This document shows positions 50,090 through 62,192 of a stretch of DNA of 64,000 nucleotides, piece by piece. The stretch is from contig NC_043019.1 in the NCBI RefSeq assembly GCF_006345805.1, positions 4,959,360 through 5,023,359 on the forward strand, given 5' to 3'. This DNA is from Octopus sinensis. Lineage: Eukaryota. Under the pieces are notes generated by a model. It saw nothing but the letters and a program-made list of their open reading frames with translations. It did no database searches and was not told where the DNA came from. The translations under genes were made by a program, and so were the position numbers. The number at the start of each line of letters is the position of its first letter. The first letter of the stretch is position 1.

Positions 50090-50986
50090 TGGTGTGTGGT
50101 AAGTAGCTTGCTAACCAACCACATGGTTCCGGGTTCAGTCCCACTGCGTGGCATCTTGGGCAAGTGTCTTCTGCTATAGCCCCGGGCCGACCAATGCCTT
50201 GTGAGTGGATTTGGTAGACGGAAACTGAAAGAAGCCTGTCATATATATATACTTATATATATATATATAATAGGCGCAGGAGTGGCTGTGTGGTAAGTAG
50301 CTTGCTAACCAACCACATGGTTCCGGGTTCAGTCCCACTGTGTGGCATCTTGGGCAAGTGTCTTCTGCTATAGCCCCGGGCGACCAATGCCTTGTGAGTG
50401 GATTTGGTAGACGGAAACTGAAAGAAGCCTGTCATATATATACTTATATATATATATAATAGGCGCAGGAGTGGCTGTGTGGTAAGTAGCTTGCTAACCA
50501 ACCACATGGTTCCGGTTCAGTCCCACTGCGTGGCATCTTGGCAAGTGTCTTCTGCTATAGCCCCGGGCCGACCAATGCCTTGTGAGTGGATTTGGTAGAC
50601 GGAAACTGAAAGAAGCCTGTCATATATATATACTTATATATATATATAATAGGCGCAGGAGTGGCTGTGTGGTAAGTAGCTTGCTAACCAACCACATGGT
50701 TCCGGGTTCAGTCCCACTGTGTGGCATCTTGGGCAAGTGTCTTCTGCTATAGCCCCGGGCCGACCAATGCCTTGTGAGTGGATTTGGTAGACGGAAACTG
50801 AAAGAAGCCTGTCATATATATATACTTATATATATATATATAATAGGCGCAGGAGTGGCTGTGTGGTAAGTAGCTTGCTAACCAACCACATGGTTCCGGG
50901 TTCAGTCCCACTGCGTGGCATCTTGGGCAAGTGTCTTCTGCTATAGCCCCGGGCCGACCAATGCCTTGTGAGTGGATTTGGTAGAC
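50090..50986 (+). repeat. Tandem array of five SINE-A 5' halves (about 190-bp period)
   Basis: taggcgcaggagtggctgtgtgg starts at about 50271, 50460, 50648, 50844, plus a partial unit at 50090. Confidence 0.93.
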
Positions 50987-51160
50987 AGTTGCCTCAACAG
51001 GTCTTCACAAGTAGAGTTTTGTGTCCCAAGAAGGAAAGGTATGCATAAGTGGACTGATGCCATGGGTTATGGTCTCACTTGTCCTGCCAGGTCTTCTCAC
51101 GCACAGCATACTTCCAAAGGTCTTGGTCTCCAGTCATTTCCTCGGTGAGACCTGTTTTTA
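50987..51160 (-). mobile_element. RTE LINE 3' end fragment
   Basis: Minus translation LTEEMTGDQDLWKYAVREKTWQDK*, then a 3' UTR homologous to the tail in the 8507-9400 array. Confidence 0.7.
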
Positions 51161-51214
51161 ATAAACAGCTATGAGAGCAGAGGAATAGTGGCCCACTTGT
51201 TTCGTTGCCTAGAA

Positions 51215-51430
51215 CAGTGGCTCCCAAACGTCTTCAGGCTGCCGCCCCATTGACATCCAGGCCACATTCCTAGTGCCCCCACCCCAACTAACCATCACAA
51301 ACATAGACCTCTTTCTGGAGCAAATTCAAAACAACTGTATTTCACAAATAAAACTTAACCTGGAGTGGCTGTGTGGTAAGTAGCTTACTTATGAACCAGA
51401 TGGGAATACTGCCCACTTTGGGAATCACTG
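51215..51430. mobile_element. hAT/Charlie-type MITE containing a SINE-A head fragment
   Basis: CAGTGGCTCCCAAA ... TTTGGGAATCACTG; TSD gcctagaa/gcctagag. Confidence 0.8.
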
Positions 51431-52515
51431 GCCTAGAGGTATAGATACCTGGATACCTATAAGAAAACATCCAGTAAGAAAATATCCAGTAAGAGCAATC
51501 TGAGCTGCTGTAAGTCCACAATTAATCTGTCAACACAAATATTGGATTTTAACAAGAATCCAGATGGAAAGAGGTCTAGAAAGGAGTCATTGGGGTAAGA
51601 ACAACCTCAGGCCTCCACACTGAATAGAGGACCTTACAAGGTATACAAGAACTGCACCAGGATGCTTCACAGACAGGAAAATTCTGAAGGTGATATGGAA
51701 GATAGGCAAGATGGGGCATCTGTGGAGGTGCATTGAAGGAGTGTGGATTCCTAAGAGTTGCTCAACATTGTTCAGTTCAGATCTATGTCACTGCTAAGTG
51801 TTGAGAAGATATTCTTCAAACTCTGTTGCCAGGTGCCTGACAGACTACCTTCTATATCACACCCACATAGTTAGTTTGGCCCAGTAAGGAAGGAATTCCG
51901 AATGTACCAGGGTGTCTGGAGCATGTGCATCACCACCCAGTTGATCAGGAAACCTGAGAGATAAGAGGAAAGCGAGAATACTATAGATGAACCTGGCAAA
52001 CACATTTAGTGGAAGAGGCACCATGTTGCAATCAGGTTTAGGGGTCTCGCTGAGCTGGCAGAAACGTTAGCATGCCAGGCAAAATGCCTAGCAGTATTTC
52101 GTCTGCCATTACGTTCTGAGTTCAAATTCCACCGAGGTCGACTTTGCCTTTCATCCTTTCGGGGTCAATTAAATAAGTACCAGTTACACACTGGGGTCAA
52201 TATAATCGACTTAATCCGTTTGTCTGTCCTTGTTTGTCCTCTCGGTGTTTAGCCCCTTGTGTGTAGTAAAGAAATAGGTTTAGGGGTCTCATTCTGGACT
52301 ACTATAACAGCTCTATTGGATATACCTTTTCCAATTATCCTTTTTTTCCTCTTCACCAGGAATATGTCGGTAAAGTCTGCTGAGATTCAGTACAGAATGC
52401 TCAGTAAATTATAGAGTACTTGGGATGCAGTGTCTCATGGAAGAGCTGGAGTCAGCCTGGGAGAAGTACTAAACTATGTTACAAACTCCATTATTTACAA
52501 TTGATGGATATTTGT

Positions 52516-53186
52516 CCTCATCTAGTTTGTTGTTAACACAGAAGCTTGAGAGGCGGTTGGATGGAACTTACACTCGCCTCCTTATGAGAGCTCAAAATAT
52601 GCCATGGAAGCATTATCCAACCAAAGTACGAATATATGAGAAATTACCACCTGTATAATCTCTTGTGAAAGGTAGGAGAGTCCAGTTTGCTGGACATTGT
52701 TGTAGAGCTGAAAACGAGGTAATTTCTACTCTTCTCCTCTGGAAGCCATCTACTCGCAATACCAGAGGGCGCACACTCTCCTACCCTGATGTAATCTCCA
52801 GGGATACAGGCATCCAGCAACAGGACCTCCGTAATGCTATGATGGACCATGAAGTCTGGTTAACATAGTAAATATGTCGTGGAAGTGTCATCCAACCAAA
52901 GTACAAGTATATGAGAAATTACCACCTGTATCATCTCTTGTGAAAGGTAGAAGAGTCCAGTTTGCTGGACATTGTTGTAGAGCTGAAAACGAGGCAATTT
53001 CTACTCTTCTCCTCTGGAAGCCATCTACTCGCGATACCAGTGGGTGCACACTCTCCTACCCTGATGTAATCTCCAGGGATACAGGTGTCCAGCAATAGGA
53101 CCTCCATAATGCAATGATGGACCATCAGGTCTGGTGTAACATAGTAAATTCCATTGTCTCGACCACGGTCGAACAATGATGATGAT
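52516..53186 (+). mobile_element. RTE LINE 3' end with an internal duplication of about 240 bp and a (GAT)n tail
   Basis: LDGTYTRLL...RRVQFAGHCCR...TLLLWKP...AMMD..VW, with the latter part repeated. Confidence 0.8.
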
Positions 53187-53775
53187 GTTAACACAATGTT
53201 TCAGCTGATATACCTTCCAGCCTTCTTCAGGTGTCTTGGAGAAATTTCGAACCTGGGTTCTCATTCCAAAGGTATTTTCAATGTTGTTGTTATTATTATT
53301 ATTGTTCAGGTCACTGCTTGGAACCGAACTATGGCATGGTGGTTAAGAGCATGGGCTACTAACCCCAAGATTCCAAGTTCGGTTCCAAGCAGTGACCTGA
53401 ACAATAATAATAATATCGAAAATGTCGCTGGTAAACTGGGAAACAAAATCGAGATGTTTCATTTCCCTCGGCGAATATTTTTCAAGCTTAGACCGTAAGG
53501 GGAATGTAAGGGGTTTATGGCCCATGTTGATGGTAAACTGTCTCCCTTCAAGGTAATGACGGAAGTGTTTTACTGCCAGGTAAATATACTCTTTTACTTG
53601 TTTCAGTCATTTGACTGCGGCCATGCTGGAGCACCGCCTTTAGTCGAGCAAATCGACCCCGGGACTTATTCTTTGTAAGCCCAGTACTTATTCTATCGGT
53701 CTCTTTTTCTGAACCACTAAGTGACGGGGATGTAAACACACCAGCATCGGTTGTCAAGCAATGCTAGGGGGACAA

Positions 53776-53806
<31 letters not shown>

Positions 53807-53959
53807 CATATATACGACAGGCTTCTTTCAGTTTCCGTCTAACAGATCCACTCATAAGGCTTTGGTCGGCCTGAGGCTATAGTAGAAGACACTTGCCCAA
53901 GATGCCACACAGTGGGACTGAACCCGGAACCATGTGGTTGGTAAACAAGCTACTTACCA

Positions 53960-55030
53960 CACAGCCGCTCCTGCGCCAATAATTCATGTCCAAAAGTGCT
54001 ATAGTGGGTCTCGGCAGGTTGCAGCTGCCGAGATAAAAATGCCAAAGGTTGCATATGTTCTTGATGGAACTGTTGTAACACAGCACCTACAGCTGTATTT
54101 GATGCGTCCACCATAAGCAAAAGCTTTGTGCCATAAACAGGGTGCACTAACAGTGAAGATTGTGCAAGTTCATGCTTTACCATTTGAAAGGCATCCATTT
54201 AGGAAGATGAAAGTGAAATAGCTTCATTTTTGTTCTTACGATTCTTTAAAAGCTCAGTAAGAGGAGCAAGATGCTCCGCACAGTGAGGGATAAATCGTCT
54301 CTAAAAGTTCAATAATCCCAGGAAATGATGAAGCTGCCGGAGTGAGGCAAGAGGAGGAAGTTCTTGGATAGCCCAGACTTTTCAGGAAGAGGCCTAATAC
54401 CCACTTCATCGATGAGGTGGCCAAGGAAATCAAGTGAAGAGGATCCAAAAACACATTTAGCTGGATTTATTCTAACTCTGAATTGGGTCAGGTGCTGGAA
54501 AAGCAGCTTTAACCCTTTAGCATTTAAACCGGCCATATCCGGCCAAAAGTATTCTGCCTGTTTTATGTCCAAACTGGCCAGATCTGGTCTCTCACACCAG
54601 CCCTACAATATCGTTTTAAAAATTAACAGCTACCTCATCAAAATCTCATAGCTACAAGATAATGCCTGATTAGTTCAAAACAATGTGGATAAAAAAGGAT
54701 TAATTTTGGTAGAATAATGCGAACACTAAAGGGTTAAATGTTGTACGTGCTCGTCCGCACTAGAACTGGTAATCAACAGATCATCGATGTAAGCATAAAC
54801 GAAGACCAGCCCACGAATGACCTGGAATGTACTGGCAGCATTCTGTAACCCAAACAGCATTGTCAGAAATTCAAAAACACCAAATGGTGTTGTCACAGCA
54901 GTTTTAGGGATGTATTCTGGGTGCACAGGAATCTGATGATAGGCCTGAACCAGATGGAGCTTAGAGAACACTGTACACCCCTGTAAGGATGAAGCAAAGT
55001 CCTGGAAATGAGGGATCGAATAACGATCAT
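53960..55030 (-). mobile_element. Ty3/Gypsy pol relic (RT and RNase H) interrupted by a piggyBac-type MITE
   Basis: [71 protein letters not shown]. Confidence 0.92.
54509..54737. mobile_element. piggyBac-type MITE with TTAA target duplication
   Basis: TTAA|CCCTTT...AAAGGG|TTAA; removing it restores the Gypsy frame EHVQHLKLLFQH. Confidence 0.9.
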
Positions 55031-56025
55031 GCATATCCTTAACATAGTTTTTAGGGAGATTCAGCATGACACAGAGTGTGAACAAAGCTGGCCTTTTAAA
55101 GTACAGGTGTCACTCATTTTTGCCAGCTGAGTGGACTGGTGCAACGTAAATAAAATGTCTTGCTCAAGGACACAATGTGCTACAAGGAATTGAACTGATG
55201 ACTTAGTAACCATGAGCTGAATCCCCTAACCACTAAGCCACACACCTTCCCAATACAATCTCATATTAACCCCCAACAACCAATCCTTTCTTCTAACATC
55301 AACCCTCTGCGATTCCCAAACCAACCACATTTTTTGCCAAACCACCACCTCATTATTCTCATCAATCATGGAAGGGCCACGTCATTGTCTTTATATAGGC
55401 TTGGTTGAGATAAGATGGGGGTCATCAAAGCTAATTATCTTAGATATACTTTAACAAAGGTAGGGCCTTCAGCTTTTCCTCAATGGCACGATGGTTATGG
55501 GACCCACCAATTAAATGTCTTTTCAGCATGATATCCAGAACTGGTTGTATCTGTTGATTTCCAGGTAAAATTACTGTTAAACGTGTTAATTCCCGATTAA
55601 AGTGTATGGAACAAGTAAAGAACCCAGTTTCAGATAAAAAAGAAAAAGAAAATGATTATGTTAAAAAAAAAGAAAAAAAAACTAGTTCTTTAGGTCTATT
55701 GTTGAATTGATGAATAATTCTAAATCAGCTGATAGGGTTGTGATGACATTTGTTGCTGGCTGACACAATATCATGTAATCTGAGAATTTTTCACTCAGGT
55801 TATCAGCATGCTTCTGAATATCATAGAAATATTTTTTTCATGAGAGCACTTTTGGGAAGGTCTGGTAGATATATATATATATAAACTCAGAAAACGCAGG
55901 AAAAGAAAATATTGCATATATTTCTTCAAGGACACCACTATACGTTCCCACTATACACAGGCACACAGACGTATGCATACATAAAACCACTCATATAAAA
56001 TTAACTATAAATGTTCTGACTGAAA

Positions 56026-56213
56026 ATGACTAAAAATAGCGAAATTCTTATCCAAGTAGACTTACTAAATACTAAACCAGAAGAAGGGAAGAGAAATCTA
56101 ACAGGTGTTTTTACAGAGACATGTCCCCAGAAAGGTGTGAATCCCGGATTTTGTGAAGATGAGTTCACTAATCGAGAATCAGAACTTAATGTTACAGCTA
56201 ATCAACCTGCAAG
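56026..56213 (+). CDS. SLC16/MCT-family gene, probable first coding exon (hydrophilic N-terminal tail)
   Basis: ATG at 56026 with in-frame TGA upstream at 56017; gtaatt donor at 56214 in phase 2 joins in frame to 59359 (AG+G = Arg, then Met). Confidence 0.65.
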
Positions 56214-57344
56214 GTAATTAGTATATTAATTTTTCTTTATTGTTGTTGATGTTGTTGTGTAGCCACAGAGTAGCTCTTGTAGAACAGATTTATGTTATTA
56301 AGGTAGATAGGTAGATATGAACTGGGTTTGACCTGCAGATGAAGCATTGCAGATATACAAGGTCTCCATTTCCAGAAGACCATACTGCAAACTGTGACAT
56401 GCAGTGAAGAATTAAACAGAATAGTTTGGGAAATATTGTCTCTTCTCTCCAGTCTAATTCTGTCTGGGTAAGCCATGATTTAGCAGCCTTATAATCAAAG
56501 ACATTCCAGCTGTGACCATCTTTGTGTAATGTGACTCCATTCTCCACATTCTAGAGCAGTTGTTCTCAAGCATTTTTGGGCCCCATTTGATTCTTATTTT
56601 CACTCAACTGGACTTCCATAACCACTCGATATATATGAAAAATCCTATCATATTTTTTATAATTAAATATCATCAAAGACTGTAAAAAAAATTTTAATAT
56701 TTTGTGTACTGTAGAAGTATAACCAATTTTTGGCAGATAAATTTTAAAATCTTATATGGACCCTCAAGGGTCATTATGGACTCCTAAGGGACATATGAAA
56801 CCCAGTTGAGAGACTATCCAAGAGTATGAATTGAGAGAATTTAGCTGCTATTTCGCACAGATAAAGTAACAACATACAGGCTCCCTTTCAACTTGTAGAT
56901 TCTGATGGTGGCTGATAAGGTGGACCCAACCAGGGAGTGACATTTGATAATTCTCTACCCTCATCATTGGTAATGTACAAGCAAACTGTTGTGTAGCATT
57001 TAACCCTATCTGGTGTGGTTTTTGGTGGTTACTAGTTAACCTTATGCAATATAGAGAGTTTTTGGTTACTGTTCAACTCTGTGTGATGTAGAATATATTT
57101 GATTGCTAATTAACCTTAAGAGCTTTATTGATTACAAGGAAACTCAGGCAAGGGCTTTGTTAATCCCATCTAATGCAAAGGTTTGCATAATTAACAGCTA
57201 ACCCTGTGCACTTTGAGGGCCTCTCGGTTAGTAATTAATTCTGTGAGGGGTGTTTTGTTGGTTACATATTAAATATTAAACCTGTGCAGTGTGGAAGTTT
57301 TCTTGATTGCCATTTTAATTTCTTTGATATTGGTGCCTTCATAA

Positions 57345-58739
57345 TTAATAATAATAATAATAATGAAATTATTGTATACAGTGCTCAGGTGCACCACAAC
57401 TTGTCAGAAAGTGCGTATAGAGTATATGCAGTAATGTACAAATATCTGGGAAGCGAACAGTGTATGAGTCAGATACATGCTTGTGTGTGTATGGAGGGGA
57501 GAAAATCAGGTGTAGTGTTGGCGAATCTCAGGAAGCATAGAAGTTTTGAAGGATGCAGTGCTCCGACAACTAACAACTGATGCCTGCAGTTTGTTCCATG
57601 CATCAGCGTGTGTATGGAGGGGAGAAAATCAGGTGTAGTGTTGGCGAATCTCAGGAAGCATAGAAGTTTTGAAGGATGCAGTGCTCCGACAACTAACAAC
57701 TGATGCCTGCAGTTTGTTCCATGCATCAGCGTGTGTATGGAGGGGAGAAAATCAGGTGTAGTGTTGGCGAATCTCAGGAAGCATAGAAGTTTTGAAGGAT
57801 GCAGTGCTCCGACAACTAACAACTGATGCCTGCAGTTTGTTCCATGCATCAGCGTGTGTATGGAGGGGAGAAAATCAGGTGTAGTGTTGGCGAATCTCAG
57901 GAAGCATAGAAGTTTTGAAGGATGCAGTGCTCCGACAACTAACAACTGATGCCTGCAGTTTGTTCCATGCATCAGCGTGTGTATGGAGGGGAGAAAATCA
58001 GGTGTAGTGTTGGCGATCTCAGGAAGCATAGAAGTTTTGAAGATGCAGTGCTCCGACAACTAACAACTGATGCCTGCAGTTTGTTCCATGCATCAGCGTG
58101 TGTATGGAGGGGAGAAAATCAGGTGTAGTGTTGGCGAATCTCAGGAAGCATAGAAGTTTTGAAGGATGCAGTGCTCCGACAACTAACAACTGATGCCTGC
58201 AGTTTGTTCCATGCATCAGCGTGTGTATGGAGGGGAGAAAATCAGGTGTAGTGTTGGCGAATCTCAGGAAGCATAGAAGTTTTGAAGGATGCAGTGCTCC
58301 GACAACTAACAACTGATGCCTGCAGTTTGTTCCATGCATCAGCGTGTGTATGGAGGGGAGAAAATCAGGTGTAGTGTTGGCGAATCTCAGGAAGCATAGA
58401 AGTTTTGAAGGATGCAGTGCTCCGACAACTAACAACTGATGCCTGCAGTTTGTTCCATGCATCAGCGTGTGTATGGAGGGGAGAAAATCAGGTGTAGTGT
58501 TGGCGAATCTCAGGAAGCATAGAAGTTTTGAAGGATGCAGTGCTCCGACAACTAACAACTGATGCCTGCAGTTTGTTCCATGCTTCAGCAACTCTTAGTG
58601 TGAATAAATGCTTCCTAAAGTCATGGGAGCTGTGCTGTTTTCTGACTTTGTAAACATGTCCACGGGTGTTAGACGGGTGGAGTTTGAAAAGGTGCTCAGA
58701 GTTATTGTTGGTAAGATGGTTAATAACATCAGCTAACAT
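57345..58739 (-). mobile_element. CR1-like LINE 3' end containing a 123-bp tandem array (9 copies, about 57491-58585) and an (ATT)n tail
   Basis: HPSNTRGHVYKV...FRKHLFTLRVAEAWNKL, then repeated 123-bp units. Confidence 0.9.
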
Positions 58740-58974
58740 TTGGTTGTAAGCTTAAGAACAGGCACGAAAAATCCCATAAATAGGCACACCATAGAAAAAA
58801 TAATGTTAATAGGCACAGCACACTTATTAAGTAGAGTACTTTCCAGTAGAAAACAACAAAGACTAAAAAAAAAAAACAGTACGTACCAAATGCATAAAGC
58901 TTGTCTCAGGTGTAAATCTACTGAAATGATAAAAGTACTTTTTATGTTGCTATACTAATACTGGTGTTTGTACT

Positions 58975-59335
58975 ACTGTCATACTACTACTACTGCTGCT
59001 ACTACAACAACAATTACTACTATTGCTGCTACTACTACTACAACAACAATTACTACTATTGCTGCTACTACTACTACAACAACAATTACTACTATTGCTG
59101 CTACTACTACTACAACAACAATTACTACTATTGCTGCTACTACTACTACTACTACTACTACTGCAACAACAATTACTACTATTGCTACTACTGCTACTAC
59201 TACTACAACAACAATTACTACTATTGCTGCTACTACTACTACTATTACTACTACTGCAACAACAATTACTACTATTGCTGCTACTACTACTACTACAACA
59301 ACAATTACTACTATTGCTGCTACTACTACTACTAC
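58975..59335. repeat. Compound (CTA/CAA/CTG)n microsatellite with higher-order period
   Basis: Seen directly; explains the poly-T/Y/L ORFs. Confidence 0.97.
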
Positions 59336-59358
59336 ATGTTTTTCTTCTCTATTTCCAG

Positions 59359-59576
59359 GATGGTAAAGTGCACACCTGAGGGTCATACATCCAGTAAATG
59401 TTCCTCTTTCCTCAAATACCTGGCTTATGTCTCTATATTATACACCAATCTGTTGAGTTTTGGCATTGCTTCCTCCCTCGGCATTCTATACATCTACCTC
59501 ATCAGAGAATTCAACACCACAAAATCTGAAACAGCCATGATAACATCAGCGTGTGGTGCAACTTTGGGTTGTGGAG
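59359..59576 (+). CDS. SLC16/MCT-family MFS transporter exon (TM1-TM2): MVKC...YLAYVSILYTNLLSFGIASSLGILYIYLIREFNTTKSETAMITSACGATLGCG
   Basis: ttccag acceptor, gtaggt donor in phase 1; SLC16-like G..S.GI.Y..L..EF....SETA.I.S pattern. Confidence 0.88.
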
Positions 59577-59878
59577 GTAGGTGTTTGTTAATTAACAGGT
59601 GTTTGTTAATTAACAGGTGTTGTTTTTTTTTTTGTTTTTTTTAGAATGTTGTTATTTGTGACATCAGGATAATTCTCCCACCTGCCTCAGTCATTCGACT
59701 GCGGCCATGCTGGAGCACCGCCTTTAGTCGAGCAGATCGACCCCGGGACTTATTCTTTGTAAGCCCAGTACTTATTCTATCGGTCTCTTTTGCCGAACCG
59801 CTAAGTGACGGGGACGTAAACACACCAGCATCGGTTGTCAAGCCAATGCTAGGGGGACAAACACAGACACACAAACAT

Positions 59879-59911
<33 letters not shown>

Positions 59912-60680
59912 CATATATACGACAGGCTTCTTTCAGTTTCCATCTACCAAATCCACTCACAAGGCTTTGGTCGGCCTGGGGCTATAGCAGAAGACACTTG
60001 CTCAAGATGCCACGCAGTGGGACTGAACCCGGAACCATGTGGTTGGTTAGCAAGCTACTTACCACACAGCCACTCCTGCGGGACATTGTCTACAGTCTTT
60101 CCCAGGCCTTCCGGGCCCAGTGAGATTGGCGCAGCTAATATTCAGCATCAACTGTTGCATGTCACTGGCACCTGGAAAGATGTGTGCAAGGAGGGAATTT
60201 CAATGTGTAGAAAGTCTGTGGAGTAGGTCTGCTAGTCTTTATATATAAAAGTGAAGTTGTGTGAGTGTCTGTCTCCTACGATTTAGATTCCTAACTACTC
60301 CCACATTTTGCAGTGCAGTTTAACCAAAACCGGGTATCTTATAGTCGTGATTCCTATCGAGCCCTTCTGGGTATTAGTATGAGTCTACGATTTTAAAAAA
60401 AATTTACCACAATTTTTCCACATTTTTAATGCATTTTCGCTCGGTTTATATAAGGGAAGTAACTCTCTAAAAATGTATTATTAAATCTCAGAACGTAAAA
60501 AGCTACAGTAACACCACCCCCCTTTGTGGTTAGCCAAATTGAGATGGCTATTATACTTTACATCTCTAAAAATGCTTATATAGTTATTTCCCTTACAAAC
60601 TCGAGCAACGCCAGGCGATACTGCTAGTTTTATGTAAAGTAAAAAGAATGTCAAGATATAATATAATAATAATAATAATA

Positions 60681-60731
<51 letters not shown>

Positions 60732-61627
60732 ATAATAATTTTCTGAATCCCTTTCACCCACACAAGACTTGCACAAACCATCACTTGTAGACAGACTTAC
60801 AGATTTCTTTTCAAAAAACGAGTTATTAGCTTAGAAGCCTGTTTTACACTTTCTATAAATTTCTCAGTAACACGCAGAAGCATTTAATATGGTACTAGTA
60901 GAAACTTTTGTATTTCATTCAAAATTTGGATCTTGTGCTTGAAAAATGAAACTCGTAAAACCGAGGTCACATTAAGCAGGTCCTCATGAGGTATTACTGT
61001 ATATTGCTTTGTTGTAAGGAAGAGGAAAAAATTTACTTTTTAAATTGATAGCATTTCATTCTTTCAACTTGACATATGTTAGCTTGTGTAAATCACTTAA
61101 ATTTGTTATCTTTCTGCTTTAGAATACATGTGAAGATTTTCACAGGCGCAGGAGTGGCTGTGTGGCAAGTAGCTTGCTAACCAACCACATGGTTCCAGGT
61201 TCAGTCCCACTGCGTGGCATCTTGGGCAAGTGTCTTCTGCTATAGCCCCGGGCCAACCAATGCCTTGTGAGTGGATTTGGTAGACGGAAACTGAAAGAAG
61301 CCTGTCGTATATATGTATATATATATGTGTGTGTTTACGTCCCCGTCACTTAGCGGTTTGGCAAAAGAGACTGATAGAATAAGTACTGGGCTTCCAAAGA
61401 ATAAGTCCCGGGGTTGATTTGCTCGACTAAAGGCGGTGCTCCAGCATGGCCGCAGTCAAATGACTGAAACAAGTAAAAGAGTTAAAGGATAAGAATATTT
61501 TCTTCTATGCATTAATTATTCTAATAAATTCTCTTATCTTATGGCTAACAGAATTTTAAAATACCCTCGCATAATTTCATTATCTTTTGACAGAATCTCA
61601 TTTCAGACTTTCACTTTTCATTTGCAG

Positions 61628-61771
61628 GAATATTCGCAGGAATGTTATACAGAAAAATTGGTGTCAGGCGGTCGTTTATCGTTGCCAGTGCTTTGTGTTC
61701 GATTGGTTTGTTTGCAAGTAGCTTCACACCAAACATTTGGTTCCTGTTTTTCTCACTTGGAATCTTATTTG
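61628..61771 (+). CDS. SLC16/MCT-family exon (TM3-TM4): GIFAGMLYRKIGVRRSFIVASALCSIGLFASSFTPNIWFLFFSLGILFG
   Basis: ttgcag acceptor, gtaagt donor, phase 1/1; MFS motif A-like G.L..K.G.R. Confidence 0.9.
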
Positions 61772-62192
61772 GTAAGTTCAACAAATTATGGCTGAAATAA
61801 TAATAAAGCAATATTTATTCGATTTACTCTGTCAGGCAACAGCTATTACTTGGATATGGCAATATGATTTTGAAAATCCTGTTATGTAGCAGATATTCTC
61901 ATTCAGTGCCATACAAGGGCTCAGTACTAGCTTCGAAACCATTAAATACAATGGTAACATAGTAAATATTTATGTATTTGTTTACCAATGCATCCAAGCG
62001 CCTGTGAGATTTTGTGTAAACTTATTTTAGTCACAGTTGAGAAAATATTTTCTATCCTAACATTCAGAGAAAGAAAAAAATTTTGCAATTGTCACAGAAT
62101 ATTATGAAATATTTGGAGGAATAACGGATCTTTTCCTTCAGATAGACAGAATTCAACCCAATTTCTAGTTAACTAAACAATTTGAAACTTCG

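Noticed and set aside
57469-58591. ORFs with 41-aa repeats; CRISPR-like regular spacing
   Set aside because: Head-to-tail identical LINE-derived units with no unique spacers and no cas genes, in a eukaryotic intron; the same applies to the other arrays.
58964-59386. Thr-rich mucin-like ORF
   Set aside because: Compound triplet microsatellite in an intron, open in several frames.
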